A stretch of 63,947 nt of DNA, counting the filler, from Octopus bimaculoides (Eukaryota), in assembly GCF_001194135.2 (NCBI RefSeq). It is 8 parts of 6 records of this genome, joined end to end, with 100 filler letters (N's around TTAATTAATTAA, not from the genome) between each part and the next. Parts side by side here need not be neighbours in the genome. Positions count along the whole stretch, not along the records: positions 62,759 to 63,947 come from NC_068986.1; 7 more parts are not named here. The stretch is one strand, 5' to 3'. Positions within the stretch are counted from its first letter, which is position 1; the number at the start of each line of letters is the position of its first letter. The position numbers and the translations under genes are program-made. Under the pieces are notes generated by a model. That model searched no databases. It was not told the DNA's origin and worked only from the letters and a program-made list of their open reading frames with translations. Shown piece by piece: positions 63,704 through 63,947 of the stretch.

Positions 63704-63779
63704 GTCTCTGATGACAGAATACCTAGTGTACGAACATGCAAGCCTAACACATGGAATATCCCTGAAACAGCTGTAAGAC
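63704..63779 (+). ncRNA. Type I hammerhead motif with intact core at a PLE-like 3' end
   Basis: GUCU-CUGAUGA-[49 nt]-GAAA-CAGCUG-UA/AGAC: stem I 4 bp, palindromic ACAGCUGU, GUA site after 63775. An upstream frame ends INAFLLHFNKNLNV*, like a GIY-YIG C-terminus. Confidence 0.6.
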
Positions 63780-63947
63780 TTCAAATTCACCTTACTCTAA
63801 TTAAATATCCTAAATTACTCGAGATACTTGTCCAGCCTTGGTTCTTGTCCTTTTCCCTCTTACAATCAGACACTCAGACACATAATCTGTGCCGGTGCTT
63901 TACTCATTCACTACTTAGACATTTTGTATAATTTTTCTATTATATAT

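Overview
AT-rich, gapped animal genomic DNA dominated by microsatellites and transposon relics. The repeat families and composition look like an octopus genome; this is inferred from memory, not from a search. No complete known gene is recognisable. The best coding candidate is an orphan terminal exon at 1411-1820, with weaker exon and promoter candidates elsewhere. Most long ORFs in the track are artefacts of microsatellites or N-gaps. Mobile content includes several tRNA-derived SINE families (my own labels A-D and G), R4/Dong-type RLE LINE ends next to (TAA)n, an RTE LINE 3' end, two zinc-knuckle ORF1 relics, Penelope-like element (PLE) fragments, and mariner, Tc1-like, pogo and hAT relics. 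The main unannotated signal is a set of minimal type I hammerhead-ribozyme motifs with palindromic stem III, found in at least five unrelated non-coding repeat contexts. These include a tRNA-SINE with a hammerhead tail inserted as a head-to-head palindrome with a 13-bp TSD, a ~260-bp non-coding family with a terminal hammerhead, and a ~335-bp tandem array. Several fold-back insertions cluster between 42 and 60 kb. No ribozyme activity can be shown from sequence alone.
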